Shown piece after piece: positions 21,480 to 31,185 of a stretch of 64,000 nt of DNA. The stretch is from the NCBI GenBank assembly GCA_036676985.1, contig JAKFBU010000038.1, positions 96,001-160,000 of the forward strand. The letters run 5' to 3'. The notes beneath the pieces are model-generated. The model saw only the letters and a list, made by a program, of their open reading frames with translations, searched no databases and was not told the origin of the DNA. The position numbers and the translations under genes were made by a program. The first letter of the stretch is position 1, and every line of letters begins with the position of its first letter. The DNA comes from Candidatus Sericytochromatia bacterium (GTDB lineage Bacteria; Cyanobacteriota; Sericytochromatia; S15B-MN24; UBA4093).

Positions 21480-22160
21480 GAGCACCCCCGTCAGGGCATG
21501 CTTGGCGGCATGCGTCTCGGGGATGAGGTCGCTCGCGGCCACGTAGAGGAAGCTCCCCGAGGCCACGGCCAGCAAGAGGCCCACGGTCTGCTCGGTCATG
21601 CCGCGCAGGACAAGGGAGGTCGCCACCGCACCCACCGGGGTCGCGAGCGCGACCAGGCCCGCGTGGCCGAAGGCCTTGCGCTTGGAGTAGCCCGCATGCA
21701 GCAAGATGGAGGTGATGGCGATGCCCGAGGGCACCTGGTGCGCCAGGAGGCCGAGCGTGGTCACGAGCCCCAGGGTGTGGCTCACCTCGAAGCCCACGCC
21801 GATGATGATGCCGTCGATGAGGGAGTGGAAGGCCATGCCGATGAAGGCCACCAGCCCGATGGGGTGATGATGGCCGACGTGGTGGTGGCTGTGGTAGTGG
21901 AGCAGGTTCTCGAGGAAGTAGAACGCGATGAAGCTCGCGAGCACCCACGGGAAGATGTTGAGGCCTTCCGCCATGTGGTGGGCCTCGGGCAGGAGGTCGA
22001 AGAAGGCCACGCCCAGGAGCGTGCCTGCTGCGAAGCTGATGGCCAGGGGCAAGAACTGCTTGACCCAGGCCTCCCCCTTGACGATGAGCAGGGCCCCCAC
22101 CATGAGGCCGATGGCGGCAAGGGTGCTGTAAAGCGAGGCGTCACGCAGAACTTGGGGCAT
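21423..22160 (-). CDS. ZIP-family zinc/metal transporter
   Basis: LLPEA, His-rich loop HYHSHHHVGHHH, HSLIDG, HQVP, FLYVAASDLIPE. Confidence 0.92.
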   Translation of the reverse strand: MPQVLRDASLYSTLAAIGLMVGALLIVKGEAWVKQFLPLAISFAAGTLLGVAFFDLLPEAHHMAEGLNIFPWVLASFIAFYFLENLLHYHSHHHVGHHHPIGLVAFIGMAFHSLIDGIIIGVGFEVSHTLGLVTTLGLLAHQVPSGIAITSILLHAGYSKRKAFGHAGLVALATPVGAVATSLVLRGMTEQTVGLLLAVASGSFLYVAASDLIPETHAAKHALTGVLLLAGVGVVWGVLRLFHAH

Positions 22161-22225
22161 GAGGTCGGTTTCTTTCTAAGGCATAGTTGTCTAGAGCGGC
22201 GAATCGTGGTATCTTAACATTCATT

Positions 22226-22299
22226 CGGGACGTAGCGCAGCTTGGTAGCGCACCTCGTTCGGGACGAGGGGGCCGCAGGTTCGAATCCTGTCGTCCCGA
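22226..22299 (+). tRNA. tRNA-Pro(CGG), CCA not encoded
   Basis: CGGGACG/CGTCCCG acceptor stem, D-arm GCGCAGCTTGGTAGCGC, anticodon arm CCTCG-TTCGGGA-CGAGG, T-loop GTTCGAATC. Confidence 0.97.
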
Positions 22300-22311
22300 C
22301 TTTTCAACTCT

Positions 22312-22335
22312 GGGGGGCTTCGGCCCCCCTTTTTC
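22312..22335 (+). terminator. Intrinsic terminator after tRNA-Pro
   Basis: GGGGGGC-TTCG-GCCCCCC then a T-run. Confidence 0.85.
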
Positions 22336-22347
22336 GGGAGTGTACCG

Positions 22348-22491
22348 GTGAAGCTCGCGCTGGCCTTTGCTTGTCTGATGCTCATCTGGCTGGGCCTGTT
22401 CGACCTGGCTCCCTACCGCTTCCGTCGCGAGGGCCGCATCCAGCCCATGCGCCGGCGCACGGCCCCGACCCGCAAGGTCGCCCGCCGCTAG
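22348..22491 (+). CDS. Putative 47-aa single-TM protein with basic tail
   Basis: GGGAG RBS, GTG start, KLALAFACLMLIWLGLFDL then Arg-rich tail; ends 7 nt before the GNAT gene. Confidence 0.45.
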   Translation: MKLALAFACLMLIWLGLFDLAPYRFRREGRIQPMRRRTAPTRKVARR

Positions 22492-22498
22492 ACCTTCC

Positions 22499-23071
22499 AT
22501 GCCGAAACCTACCGACTTTCCCTATCGCCTGGAGAGCGATCGCCTCGTCTTGCGCTGCTACGAGCCGGGTGACGAGGTCGCCCTGGTCGAGGCCATCTCC
22601 GAGAGCCTCGACTCCCTGCGGCCGTGGATGCCGTGGGCCCAGGCCGAGCCCACCCTCGAGCAGTTCCGGGCCTGGGTGCGCCGGTCGCGCGGCGACTACG
22701 ACCTGATGACCAACTTCAACCTGGCCATGATCGACCGTGCATCGGGCCGCTTTCTGGGCTCGTCGGGCCTGCACCGCTTCGACTGGGAGGCGGGCCGCTT
22801 CGAGATCGGCTACTGGCTGCGCGACTCGGCGGTGGGACAGGGCTACGTGACGGAGGCGGCCCGGCGGCTCACCCGGTTCTGCTTCGAGGACCTCGCGGCC
22901 TACCGGGTCGAGATCCGGGCCGAGGCCGACAACACCCGGAGCCGCGCGGTGGCCGAGCGCCTCGGCTACGTGCTCGAGGGCATCCTGCGGGCCCAGTCCG
23001 TCTGGGGTGGCCGGGCGCGCGACATGGCCCTCTACTCCTTGATCCGGTCCGACGAGGCCGGACGCGCCTAG
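22499..23071 (+). CDS. GNAT N-acetyltransferase, RimJ/RimL family
   Basis: LRPWMPWA, EIGYWL, GQGYVTEA, NTRSRAVAERLGY. Confidence 0.93.
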   Translation: MPKPTDFPYRLESDRLVLRCYEPGDEVALVEAISESLDSLRPWMPWAQAEPTLEQFRAWVRRSRGDYDLMTNFNLAMIDRASGRFLGSSGLHRFDWEAGRFEIGYWLRDSAVGQGYVTEAARRLTRFCFEDLAAYRVEIRAEADNTRSRAVAERLGYVLEGILRAQSVWGGRARDMALYSLIRSDEAGRA

Positions 23072-23487
23072 TCCTTCGGGGCCCCCTTCTCGATCCACTG
23101 CGTCACCGCCGTGATGTCGGCATCCGTGAGGCGGCCGCCCAGAGGCATGCGGGAGCCGTAGGCGGGAGTGGTGATCGGGTGCAGCTTGGTCAAGAGGAAA
23201 CTCTTGCTCGGGTTGCCGGCCGTGACGCGCAGGAGCCCATCCGCACGGGCCTGCTCGTTGTCGGGCGCGACGCCGACCAGGGCCGCATGGGCCTTGTCCG
23301 CCGTGAGGCTCAGGTTGGCGGCGGGCGAAGCGCCCCCGTGGCAGCCCGACGTCGAGCAGCCGACAAAGACGTTCTGGGACAGCGACGTGTAGGTGGGTTG
23401 CACGCCCGTCTGCGGCGTGGTGCTGGCAGGGCAGCCGCCCAGGACGGCGGCCAGGAGAACGGGCAAGAGGGCCAGGGCGCGTTGCAT
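23068..23487 (-). CDS. Lipoprotein with cytochrome-c-like domain (CxxxxCH)
   Basis: Lipobox LGGC, CSTSGCH, GNPSKS.L, RMP, WIEKGA; AAGGAG RBS. Confidence 0.75.
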   Translation of the reverse strand: MQRALALLPVLLAAVLGGCPASTTPQTGVQPTYTSLSQNVFVGCSTSGCHGGASPAANLSLTADKAHAALVGVAPDNEQARADGLLRVTAGNPSKSFLLTKLHPITTPAYGSRMPLGGRLTDADITAVTQWIEKGAPKD

Positions 23488-23623
23488 GGTCGTACCGCTC
23501 CTTAGTTGAATGCTTGCTTGATTGTACCCGATGCTCGAAAGGCCTCCGCGAATCCTGGCCAACCCGGCGATGCCCGCGCCGCACGGGGCCCGTCATGATG
23601 GGTGGGTCGAGAGGGAGGATCAG

Positions 23624-24307
23624 ATGAACAGGGCACTCAAGGGTGTTTTGTGGACGCTCGGGGCCTATGCGGGCCTGCAGCTGGCAGCGCGAATCATCCG
23701 CCGCCGCTGGCCGGAGGCGATGCCCGCCTCCTTGGCCTGGCTGCGCGCGCGCCCCATCGGCATGCAGCTCGCGGACGTGCCCGCGATCATGCATGCGCTC
23801 GAGCTCGAGCGGGGGCAGCATGTCCTCGAGATGGGAGCGGGCCTTGCGCCCCTCACAGGGGCGATCGCCGAGGCGATCCACGCGGACGGCCGGATCGTGG
23901 CCATCGACGCCGAGCCCGAGATGCTCCGGCGGCTGGCCGAGCAGGTGGGAGACCTCTCCAACCTCACGACCCAGGCGGCCGACCCACGCCGCCTGCCGTG
24001 CCCGGACGGCGGGTTCGACCGGGTCCTGATGGGCTCCGGGCTCGGCACGATCCCCCAGCCGGACAGGGTGATCCACGAGGCCTTCCGGGTCCTGAAGCCC
24101 CACGGCCGCCTGGTGGTGGCGGAGGACGCCCTCGATCTGGATTTCCTTCCCGAGCGCTCGGTGGTGGACATGGCGCTCCGCGCGGGCTTCGTGCTCTGCA
24201 CCCGCCAGGGCGGGGCATGGCGCTACGTGCTCGTGTTCGAGCGGCCCGCGGCTCCCAACTTCCTGCATGCGCCGCACGAGGAGCACCGGATCGAGACCTA
24301 CGGTTAG
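23624..24307 (+). CDS. Class I SAM-dependent methyltransferase (UbiE-like), divergent motif I
   Basis: VLEMGAG, AIDAEPEML, FDRV, EAFRVLKPHGRL. Confidence 0.8.
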   Translation: MNRALKGVLWTLGAYAGLQLAARIIRRRWPEAMPASLAWLRARPIGMQLADVPAIMHALELERGQHVLEMGAGLAPLTGAIAEAIHADGRIVAIDAEPEMLRRLAEQVGDLSNLTTQAADPRRLPCPDGGFDRVLMGSGLGTIPQPDRVIHEAFRVLKPHGRLVVAEDALDLDFLPERSVVDMALRAGFVLCTRQGGAWRYVLVFERPAAPNFLHAPHEEHRIETYG

Positions 24308-24322
24308 GTGTACAATGGTGGC

Positions 24323-25477
24323 GTGCTGTACTTAGACTATGCCGCCACCACGCCTGTCCGCCCCGAGGCCATCCAGGCCATGCAAGCGGCCCTCGAACAC
24401 GCCTGGGGCAACCCCAGCAGCGCCCACGGCCCGGGCCAGGCGGCGCGCGACGCCTTGGAGCTGGCCCGCGCCCAGGTCGCTGGGCTGGTAGGCGCTGCCC
24501 CCGAGGAGGTCCTCTTCACGTCGGGCGGCACCGAGGCCAACAACCTCGCCCTACGCGGGGTCATGCGAGCCATGCGGGGGCGGGGCCGCCACATGATCAC
24601 GACGGCCATCGAGCACTCGGCGGTGCTGGCAACCGCGCGCGACCTCGCCCAGTCCGGCTACGAGCTGACGGTGGTCGGCGTGGGCCCCTCGGGGGTGGTC
24701 GATCCCGAGGACGTCCGCCGGGCCCTGCGGCCGGACACGGTGCTCGTGAGCGTCATGCACGCCAACAACGAGATCGGCACCCTGCAGCCCCTCGCGGAGA
24801 TCGGGCACCTGGTCCGGGAGCACGGCGCTTACTTCCACAGCGACGCGGTCCAGACCGCGGGCAAGCTGCCTTTGAGCTTCCGGGACCTGCCGGTGGACCT
24901 GCTCTCTTTGGCCTCGCACAAGATCTATGGCCCCAAGGGGGTGGGGGCCCTGGTGGTCGCCGCCGACGTGCCCATGCATGCGGTCCTGACGGGCGGCTCG
25001 CACGAGCGCGGGCTCCGGGCGGGCACCGAGAACGTGCCCGGCATCGTCGGCTTCGGGGCGGCCTGCGCATGGGCCGCCCGCGAGCTCGATACCGAAGCGG
25101 CGCGCCTGGCAGCGCTCGGCCGCCGTCTGCGCGAGGGCCTGCTCGCGGCCATCCCGGGGGCTCGCCTCAACGGCGATCCGGAGCGGCGCGTGCCGACCAA
25201 CGTGAACCTGACGATCCCGGGGGTCGTGGGTTCCGACCTGCTCTCGAGCCTGGACCGCGCGGGCATCGCCGCGAGCGCGGGGTCTGCCTGCCGCGCCCAG
25301 AGCAAGGCCCCCTCGCACGTGCTCGAGGCCATCGGGGCCACCGCGGAGGCCGCGGCGGGCTCCCTGCGCCTGACCGTCGGGCGCTCGACCACCGCCGAGT
25401 CGGTCGAGGAGGCGATCGCCGGCATCGCGGCCGTCGCCACGCAACTGCAAGGGGAGCGTGAAGTTCGTCAAGCTTGA
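24323..25477 (+). CDS. iscS: Cysteine desulfurase (IscS/NifS family)
   Basis: YLDYAATTP, GNPSS, FTSGGTEANN, SHKIYGPKG (PLP Lys), SAGSAC. Confidence 0.9.
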   Translation: MLYLDYAATTPVRPEAIQAMQAALEHAWGNPSSAHGPGQAARDALELARAQVAGLVGAAPEEVLFTSGGTEANNLALRGVMRAMRGRGRHMITTAIEHSAVLATARDLAQSGYELTVVGVGPSGVVDPEDVRRALRPDTVLVSVMHANNEIGTLQPLAEIGHLVREHGAYFHSDAVQTAGKLPLSFRDLPVDLLSLASHKIYGPKGVGALVVAADVPMHAVLTGGSHERGLRAGTENVPGIVGFGAACAWAARELDTEAARLAALGRRLREGLLAAIPGARLNGDPERRVPTNVNLTIPGVVGSDLLSSLDRAGIAASAGSACRAQSKAPSHVLEAIGATAEAAAGSLRLTVGRSTTAESVEEAIAGIAAVATQLQGEREVRQA

Positions 25478-25593
25478 GCGTCCATCAGCTTTACAGTCGC
25501 CCCCTGCCTGCCTATAATCACGGTTGAGGCGATCGGCCCATGGCCGCAACGCTCGCCCGCTTCTCCAAGGGATTGTGATCGAGGAGGATCTCA

Positions 25594-25929
25594 ATGGAAC
25601 GCAGATCGGCATCGGGACTGGAAGTGCTCGGCGGCCTGTTGATCGGAGCCCTGGGCGGATTCGCGCTCGGCATGCTGCTCGCGCCGCAGTCCGGCCGCAA
25701 CACCCGCTCGCAGCTGGGTGAGAATCTCGGCGACATGGGCTTGCGCGCCAGCGAGCTCGCCGAGAACGTACGCGGCAACACCGAGAGCCTCCTCAACACC
25801 ACCCGCACCACCATCGAAGAGAAGCTCGCCCTCCTGAACGAGGCCGTCGAGGCGGGCCGCAAGGCCGCCGCCTACAAGCGCGAAGAGCTCATCGAGGGCG
25901 AAGGCAACCTGGGCAGCCCGGAGGCATAG
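25594..25929 (+). CDS. YtxH-domain protein
   Basis: GLLIGALGGFALGMLLAPQSGRNTR signature. Confidence 0.88.
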   Translation: MERRSASGLEVLGGLLIGALGGFALGMLLAPQSGRNTRSQLGENLGDMGLRASELAENVRGNTESLLNTTRTTIEEKLALLNEAVEAGRKAAAYKREELIEGEGNLGSPEA

Positions 25930-25937
25930 GAGGCACC

Positions 25938-26207
25938 ATGAGCGCGAAGCGCAACCTGACATTCTACGCCACGGCCCTCATCGGCACGGCGCTCGGCACG
26001 GCGGCGGGCATCCTCTTGGCCCCCAAGAGTGGCGAGGCCACCCGCAAGGACATCAAGCGCATGGCCGGCGAGCTCAGCGAGCAGTTCCCGTCGGTTCAGG
26101 ACATCAAGCTCAAGGGCCGCCAGGCCCTCAAGAAGGCGCCGACCATCCTGTCGCGGGCCAAGCGTCCTTCCAACGTGATCCAGCTCTACCGCGAAAAGGA
26201 ACAGTAA
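25938..26207 (+). CDS. YtxH-domain protein (second paralog)
   Basis: IGTALGTAAGILLAPKSGEATR signature; AGGAGG RBS. Confidence 0.85.
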   Translation: MSAKRNLTFYATALIGTALGTAAGILLAPKSGEATRKDIKRMAGELSEQFPSVQDIKLKGRQALKKAPTILSRAKRPSNVIQLYREKEQ

Positions 26208-26236
26208 AGCGCCTGAAGAGGCGGTTTTGTCCAGCC

Positions 26237-26268
26237 GCCGCCCCGGGGATCGCCCCGGGGCGGCTTTT
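26237..26268 (+). terminator. Intrinsic terminator
   Basis: GCCGCCCCGGGG-ATCG-CCCCGGGGCGGC-TTTT. Confidence 0.8.
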
Positions 26269-26329
26269 CCATTCATGAGGTAAAATGGGGCGTTGCTTGC
26301 CATGCCCCCTACGAGAGAGGAACCACGTC

Positions 26330-28918
26330 GTGTCGCTCACGGGAAACGAGATTCGAGACAAGTTCATCCAGTTCTTCAAGGACAAGGGCCACGCCCACCT
26401 GCCCAGCTCCAGCCTGGTGCCGAAGAACGACCCCACGGTCCTCTTGACCACCGCGGGCATGCTGCAGTTCAAGCCCATCTTCATGGGCACCGAGCCCGCG
26501 CCCACTCCCCCGCGCGCGGTCACGGTCCAGAAGTGCTTCCGCACGACCGACCTCGACAACGTGGGCAAGACGGCCCGCCACCACACCTTCTTCCAGATGC
26601 TCGGCAACTTCTCGTTCGGCGACTACTTCAAGGCGGGCGCCATCGCCCATGCCTGGGAGTTCCTGACGGGCGTGCTCGCCCTGCCCAAGGAGAAGCTGTG
26701 GGTCTCGGTGTTCGAGACCGATGAGGAGGCGATCGCCATCTGGCGCGACCAGATCGGCGTGCCCGCCGACCGCATCGTGCGCATGGGCGAGGACTCCAAC
26801 TTCTGGGCGGCGGGTCCCACCGGCCCCTGCGGCCCCTGCTCGGAGATCTACTACGACATGGGCGTCGAGCGCGGCAACGGCAACGCGGACGCCATCCTGG
26901 GCGAGGACGACGATCGCTACCTCGAGGTCTGGAACCTGGTCTTCATGGAGTTCAACCGGGACGAGGCGGGCCAGCTGACGCCCTTGCCCAAGAAGAACAT
27001 CGACACGGGCATGGGCCTCGAGCGCATCGCCTCGGTCATCCAGGGCGTGCCCTCCAACTACGACACGGACCTCCTGATGCCCATCATGGAGCAGGCGGCG
27101 CAGCTTGCCGGCATCCGCTACGGCCAGGACGCCCAGAAGGACGTCTCCCTCAAGCTCATCGCCGACCACGTGCGCGGGGCGGTCTTCCTCATCGGCGACG
27201 GCGTGGTGCCCTCCAACGAGGGCCGCGGCTACGTGCTGCGCCGCATCATGCGCCGGGCCATCCGCCACGGCAAGCTGATCGGCGTGCAGCAGACCTTCCT
27301 GCATGAGCTGGGCGAGGTCATCATCCGCCACTACTCCTACTACCCCGAGCTGCCTGCCCAGCGCGAGTTCATCCTCGAGAGCCTCAAGGCCGAAGAGGGT
27401 CGCTTCAACCAGACCATCGACCGCGGCACCCAGCTGCTCCAGAACGCCTTCGACACCTTCGGGGCGGACAACAAGGTCGTGCCCGGCGAGACCGCCTTCG
27501 AGCTCTACGACACCTACGGCTTCCCGTTCGAGCTGACGGTCGAGCTTGCGGCCGAGAAGGGCTTCACGGTGGACGAGACCGGCTTCCATGCGGCCATGGA
27601 CGTCCAGCGCGAGCGGGCCCGCGCGGCCCGCGGCGAGGTCAGCTACCAGGCGCTCGAGATCCAGACCAAGGAGGCCACCCCCTTCAAGGGCTACACCTCG
27701 TGCGAGGAGTCGGCCGTGGTCAAGGAGGTCTTCACGGACAAGGGCGGCCGCACGGGCGTGGTGCTCGATCACACCCCCTTCTACGCCGAATCGGGCGGTC
27801 AGGTGGGTGACCAGGGCACGATCGGCTCGGCGCGGGTCGTGGACACCCAGAAGATGGGCGCCACCATCGTCCACTTCCTGGAGGCGGGCACGCCCGCTCC
27901 CCAGGTGGGCGACACCGTCGCGGCCCGGGTGGACCTCGAGCTGCGCCAGAGCACCATGCGCCACCACACGGCGACCCACCTCCTGCACGCGGCCCTCAAG
28001 CAGGTGCTGGGCCCCCAGGTCAACCAGGCGGGCTCCTTGGTGGGCCCCGCGGAGCTGCGCTTCGACTTCACGTTCGCGCGGGCCGTGACGCCCGAGGAGC
28101 TCACGAAGGTCGAGGATCTGGTCAACGCCCAGATCTTCGCGAACCGGACGGTGGCGCACGTCGAGATGGCGCTCGCCGACGCTCAGGCCTCGGGGGCCAT
28201 GGCCCTCTTCGGTGAGAAGTACGGCGACACCGTGCGCGTGATCGACGTGCCGGGCTTCAGCAAGGAGCTGTGCGGCGGCACGCACGTGACGGCGACGGGC
28301 ACCATCGGGACCTTCAAGGTGGTCCGCGAGGAGGGCATCGCCGCGGGCATCCGCCGCATCACGGGCGTTGCGGGCAAGGCGGCCCTCGACTACTTCCGCA
28401 TGCAGGCCGAGGCGGTGGCCCAGGCGGGCAGCCTCCTCAAGGCCTCGGCCGAAGAGCTGCCCGAGCGCATCGAGAAGCTGCAGGAGAAGATCAAGGCGAG
28501 CGACAACGAGATCAAGGAGCTGCGCACCCGCCTGGCGGTGGCGCAGACCGAGAGCCTCCTGGAGCACGCCATGGCGCTCGGCGCCCACAAGCTCATCGCG
28601 GCGGTGGTGACCAACATGGGCCCCGAGGCCCTCAAGGGTGCTTCCGAGCACCTCAAGAACAAGCTGAAGTCGGGCGTGGTGGTGCTCGCGAGCGTCGAGG
28701 AGGGCAAGGTCTCGGTGGTGGCGACCGCCTCGGACGACCTCGTCAAGGAAGGCGCGCACGCCGGCAAGCTGATCGGCTCGATCATGGGTCTGGTGGGCGG
28801 CAAGGGCGGCGGCAAGCCGCAGGTCGCCCAGGGCGGTGGCGGTGAGCCCGGCAAGCTGGGCGAGGCGATCGCCCAGGTGCCCGACCTGGTCAAGCAGCAG
28901 CTGCCCGTCAAGGCGTAG
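26330..28918 (+). CDS. alaS: Alanine--tRNA ligase
   Basis: AGMLQFKP, HHTFFQMLGNFSFGDYFK, DTGMGLER, HTATHLLH, ELCGGTH, GGKGGG. Confidence 0.98.
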   Translation: MSLTGNEIRDKFIQFFKDKGHAHLPSSSLVPKNDPTVLLTTAGMLQFKPIFMGTEPAPTPPRAVTVQKCFRTTDLDNVGKTARHHTFFQMLGNFSFGDYFKAGAIAHAWEFLTGVLALPKEKLWVSVFETDEEAIAIWRDQIGVPADRIVRMGEDSNFWAAGPTGPCGPCSEIYYDMGVERGNGNADAILGEDDDRYLEVWNLVFMEFNRDEAGQLTPLPKKNIDTGMGLERIASVIQGVPSNYDTDLLMPIMEQAAQLAGIRYGQDAQKDVSLKLIADHVRGAVFLIGDGVVPSNEGRGYVLRRIMRRAIRHGKLIGVQQTFLHELGEVIIRHYSYYPELPAQREFILESLKAEEGRFNQTIDRGTQLLQNAFDTFGADNKVVPGETAFELYDTYGFPFELTVELAAEKGFTVDETGFHAAMDVQRERARAARGEVSYQALEIQTKEATPFKGYTSCEESAVVKEVFTDKGGRTGVVLDHTPFYAESGGQVGDQGTIGSARVVDTQKMGATIVHFLEAGTPAPQVGDTVAARVDLELRQSTMRHHTATHLLHAALKQVLGPQVNQAGSLVGPAELRFDFTFARAVTPEELTKVEDLVNAQIFANRTVAHVEMALADAQASGAMALFGEKYGDTVRVIDVPGFSKELCGGTHVTATGTIGTFKVVREEGIAAGIRRITGVAGKAALDYFRMQAEAVAQAGSLLKASAEELPERIEKLQEKIKASDNEIKELRTRLAVAQTESLLEHAMALGAHKLIAAVVTNMGPEALKGASEHLKNKLKSGVVVLASVEEGKVSVVATASDDLVKEGAHAGKLIGSIMGLVGGKGGGKPQVAQGGGGEPGKLGEAIAQVPDLVKQQLPVKA

Positions 28919-28927
28919 CTTGAACCA

Positions 28928-28960
28928 GAAGGCCCGGTACCGATTCGGTACCGGGCCTTC
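28928..28960. terminator. Bidirectional hairpin terminator between alaS and murI
   Basis: GAAGGCCCGGTACCG-ATT-CGGTACCGGGCCTTC. Confidence 0.8.
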
Positions 28961-28979
28961 GTCTTGCTTGGAAGAGGGG

Positions 28980-29795
28980 TTAGAGGGCGATGGGCAGGGC
29001 GTTCGCCACCGGCACGTGCTCGACGGCGGGCACCACGTCGCCCAACAGCAGGTGCGCCTGCTGATAGAACGTGATGGGATCGCCGCTCACGAGCATGCGG
29101 TGCCGCGGGATGGCCTGATCGGCCAGCAGGTCGTGGGCGGCGAGGATATCGCCCAGGACGCGCACGGCCTCCTCGGCCGGATCCACCAAGCGCACGCTCG
29201 GCCCCAGGATGTCGGAGATGACCTGGCGGACGAACGGGTAGTGCGTGCACCCCAGGATCAGCGTGTCCAGCTTGGCATCCAGCAGGGGGGCCAGGCTCTC
29301 GAAGACGATGGCCTCGGCCTTGGGGCCCTCCCAGAGGCCCGACTCGATCATGGGCACCAGCTGCGGACAGGCCGTGGGGAAGACCTGGCAGGCCACGTCC
29401 AGGTCCTCGATGGCGCGCACGTGGGCGCGGCTGCGGATGGTGGCCTCGGTGGCGATGACGCCGATGCGCTGGCCGCCCTCGACCGCCGCGCGGGCGCCGG
29501 CCTCGATGAGCCCGATGATGGGCACGGGACACTCGGCGTCGAGCACGGGCAGCGCCACGGCGCTACTGGTGTTGCAGGCGACGACCACGGCCTTGACGCC
29601 GGATTGCAGGAGCAGATCGAGGATCTCGCGGTTGAAGGCGAGCAGCTCCTCGGGGCTGCGGCCTCCGTAGGGAACGCGCGCGGTGTCCCCGATGTAGGTG
29701 TGCGACTCATGCGGAAGCTGGCGCAGGACTTCGCGTACGACGCTCAGTCCGCCCAGTCCCGAGTCATAGAGTCCAATCGGCGCATTGGAAGGCAA
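28980..29795 (-). CDS. murI: Glutamate racemase
   Basis: DSGLGGLSV, VACNTSS, ILGCTHYP; start uncertain (TTG at 29795 chosen). Confidence 0.95.
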   Translation of the reverse strand: MPSNAPIGLYDSGLGGLSVVREVLRQLPHESHTYIGDTARVPYGGRSPEELLAFNREILDLLLQSGVKAVVVACNTSSAVALPVLDAECPVPIIGLIEAGARAAVEGGQRIGVIATEATIRSRAHVRAIEDLDVACQVFPTACPQLVPMIESGLWEGPKAEAIVFESLAPLLDAKLDTLILGCTHYPFVRQVISDILGPSVRLVDPAEEAVRVLGDILAAHDLLADQAIPRHRMLVSGDPITFYQQAHLLLGDVVPAVEHVPVANALPIAL

Positions 29796-29939
29796 TCCGG
29801 TCGTGACCTCGTGTTTGATGTCGTGTGCCCGGCGAGAAGGCGACCTCGGTGTCCTCGACTCACTCAGCCGAACGCCAGGCACTATAAGGCAGATACGTCC
29901 ATCTTAACATCCCCGACCGTACCGTGCCACCGGGCTTAA

Positions 29940-30017
29940 GAGCCCCTGACAAAACCAAGCATGTGTCGACTTTTGCCGCCATTCGGCGGCTGTTAGGAAC
30001 CGTTTCGTGAGGCGCTC
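29940..30017. mobile_element. 78-bp MITE, copy 2 (intergenic)
   Basis: Ungapped match (about 63/78 by hand) to the reverse complement of 13856-13933; flanked by TAA and TTA. Confidence 0.8.
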
Positions 30018-30189
30018 TTACGACGCTACATTGCTTGAAACAAAGCGCAAAGTGGGTTAAGATTCTGGAAACTCGGGCAGCCTATCGTTTTTAGGTGGCT
30101 TACTCGTCCCAAAGCCGATGGTGGCCTGTTCATAGCCGAAATCGTACTAGATGCGACCCCTTAATCGCGGCCGCCAGTTGGAGGAGTCG

Positions 30190-31143
30190 ATGGAAACGCT
30201 GACCACGCTATCGCAAGAGGATCTGCAACGCCTCGTGGCCGTCGCGAGCAAGATCCCCCCGGCCACCAACTGGGAGTACGTCCACACGGGGCTGCGCGAG
30301 GCCCTGGCCCAGAACGCGCCCGGCGTGGAGCTCGCCCTCTGGTGGCCGGCCCCCGAAGGCCTCGTCGCCCTCACGCCCAAGGCGCAGGACGTGTTCGAGG
30401 CCTACACCTCCCAGCATGAGGTCGAGGACATCGCGCAGGAGGCCAACGAGTTCACGGCGATTCCTCCCGGTTACCGCCAGGCCATCGTCGCCAACCGTCA
30501 GGTCTTCGGTCAGCTCCTCATCGCCGGCGACAAGAGCCGCGAGGACTTCCTGAAGAGCCTCGCCGGTCTCATCGCCTCGCCCGTCGGCCTGATGGCCCTC
30601 GGCGTGCAACTGGGTGAAGAGGTCTCCAAGCGCACCTCCACCGACAAGCTCACGGGCCTCTGGAACCGCCAGTACTTCAACGAGCGCTTCCGCGAAGAGT
30701 GCGAGCGTCTCGTCCGCTCCAAGGAGACGGGGTCGGTGGCGATCGCGAGCCTCGACAACTTCGCGGCCCTCGCCCGCACCATGGCCCCCGAGGAGCAGAA
30801 CGCCCTCTTCGCCCAGGTCGGCCAGGCCGTTCGCCAGGTCATCCGTCAGACGGACTGGGGCGTGCGCTGGGACAACTACGACCTGCTCTTCTACTTCCCG
30901 TCCACCTCGGCCGAGGCCGCGGTCGAGGTCCTCAAGCGCTTCGCGCGCAAGATGGTCTCCATCTCGCCCATCCTCGAGCCGCTGGCGGGCGTGAGCTCCA
31001 CGGTGGAGACCACGAGCCCCCGTGCCCTCATCCAGCTCGCCACCCGGCGCCTGGATCTGGCCCGCAAGGACGGCGGCCGGCGGGTCATCTGCTTCGCGAC
31101 CCCGGGCGGCGGCCTCCAGTTCTTCCGCGAGACGGAAGCCTAG
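30190..31143 (+). CDS. Degenerate GGDEF-domain protein with GAF-like N-terminus
   Basis: TDKLTGLWNRQYF, LDNF, IRQTD..VRWDNYDL in place of RxGGDEF. Confidence 0.8.
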   Translation: METLTTLSQEDLQRLVAVASKIPPATNWEYVHTGLREALAQNAPGVELALWWPAPEGLVALTPKAQDVFEAYTSQHEVEDIAQEANEFTAIPPGYRQAIVANRQVFGQLLIAGDKSREDFLKSLAGLIASPVGLMALGVQLGEEVSKRTSTDKLTGLWNRQYFNERFREECERLVRSKETGSVAIASLDNFAALARTMAPEEQNALFAQVGQAVRQVIRQTDWGVRWDNYDLLFYFPSTSAEAAVEVLKRFARKMVSISPILEPLAGVSSTVETTSPRALIQLATRRLDLARKDGGRRVICFATPGGGLQFFRETEA

Positions 31144-31185
31144 CCCCCGAGCCGGCCCTGGCCGGCCGATCCTGAAGGACCCAAC

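Noticed and set aside
22226-22500. tRNA-Pro as an island integration site
   Set aside because: No integrase, no duplicated tRNA 3' end seen, and no compositional shift downstream.
30065-30145. Possible c-di-GMP-I riboswitch before the GGDEF gene (AAAGCC, GGCCT, TAGCCG fragments)
   Set aside because: Lacks the GGCAAA and GAAA tetraloop/receptor elements; resemblance too loose without an Rfam scan.
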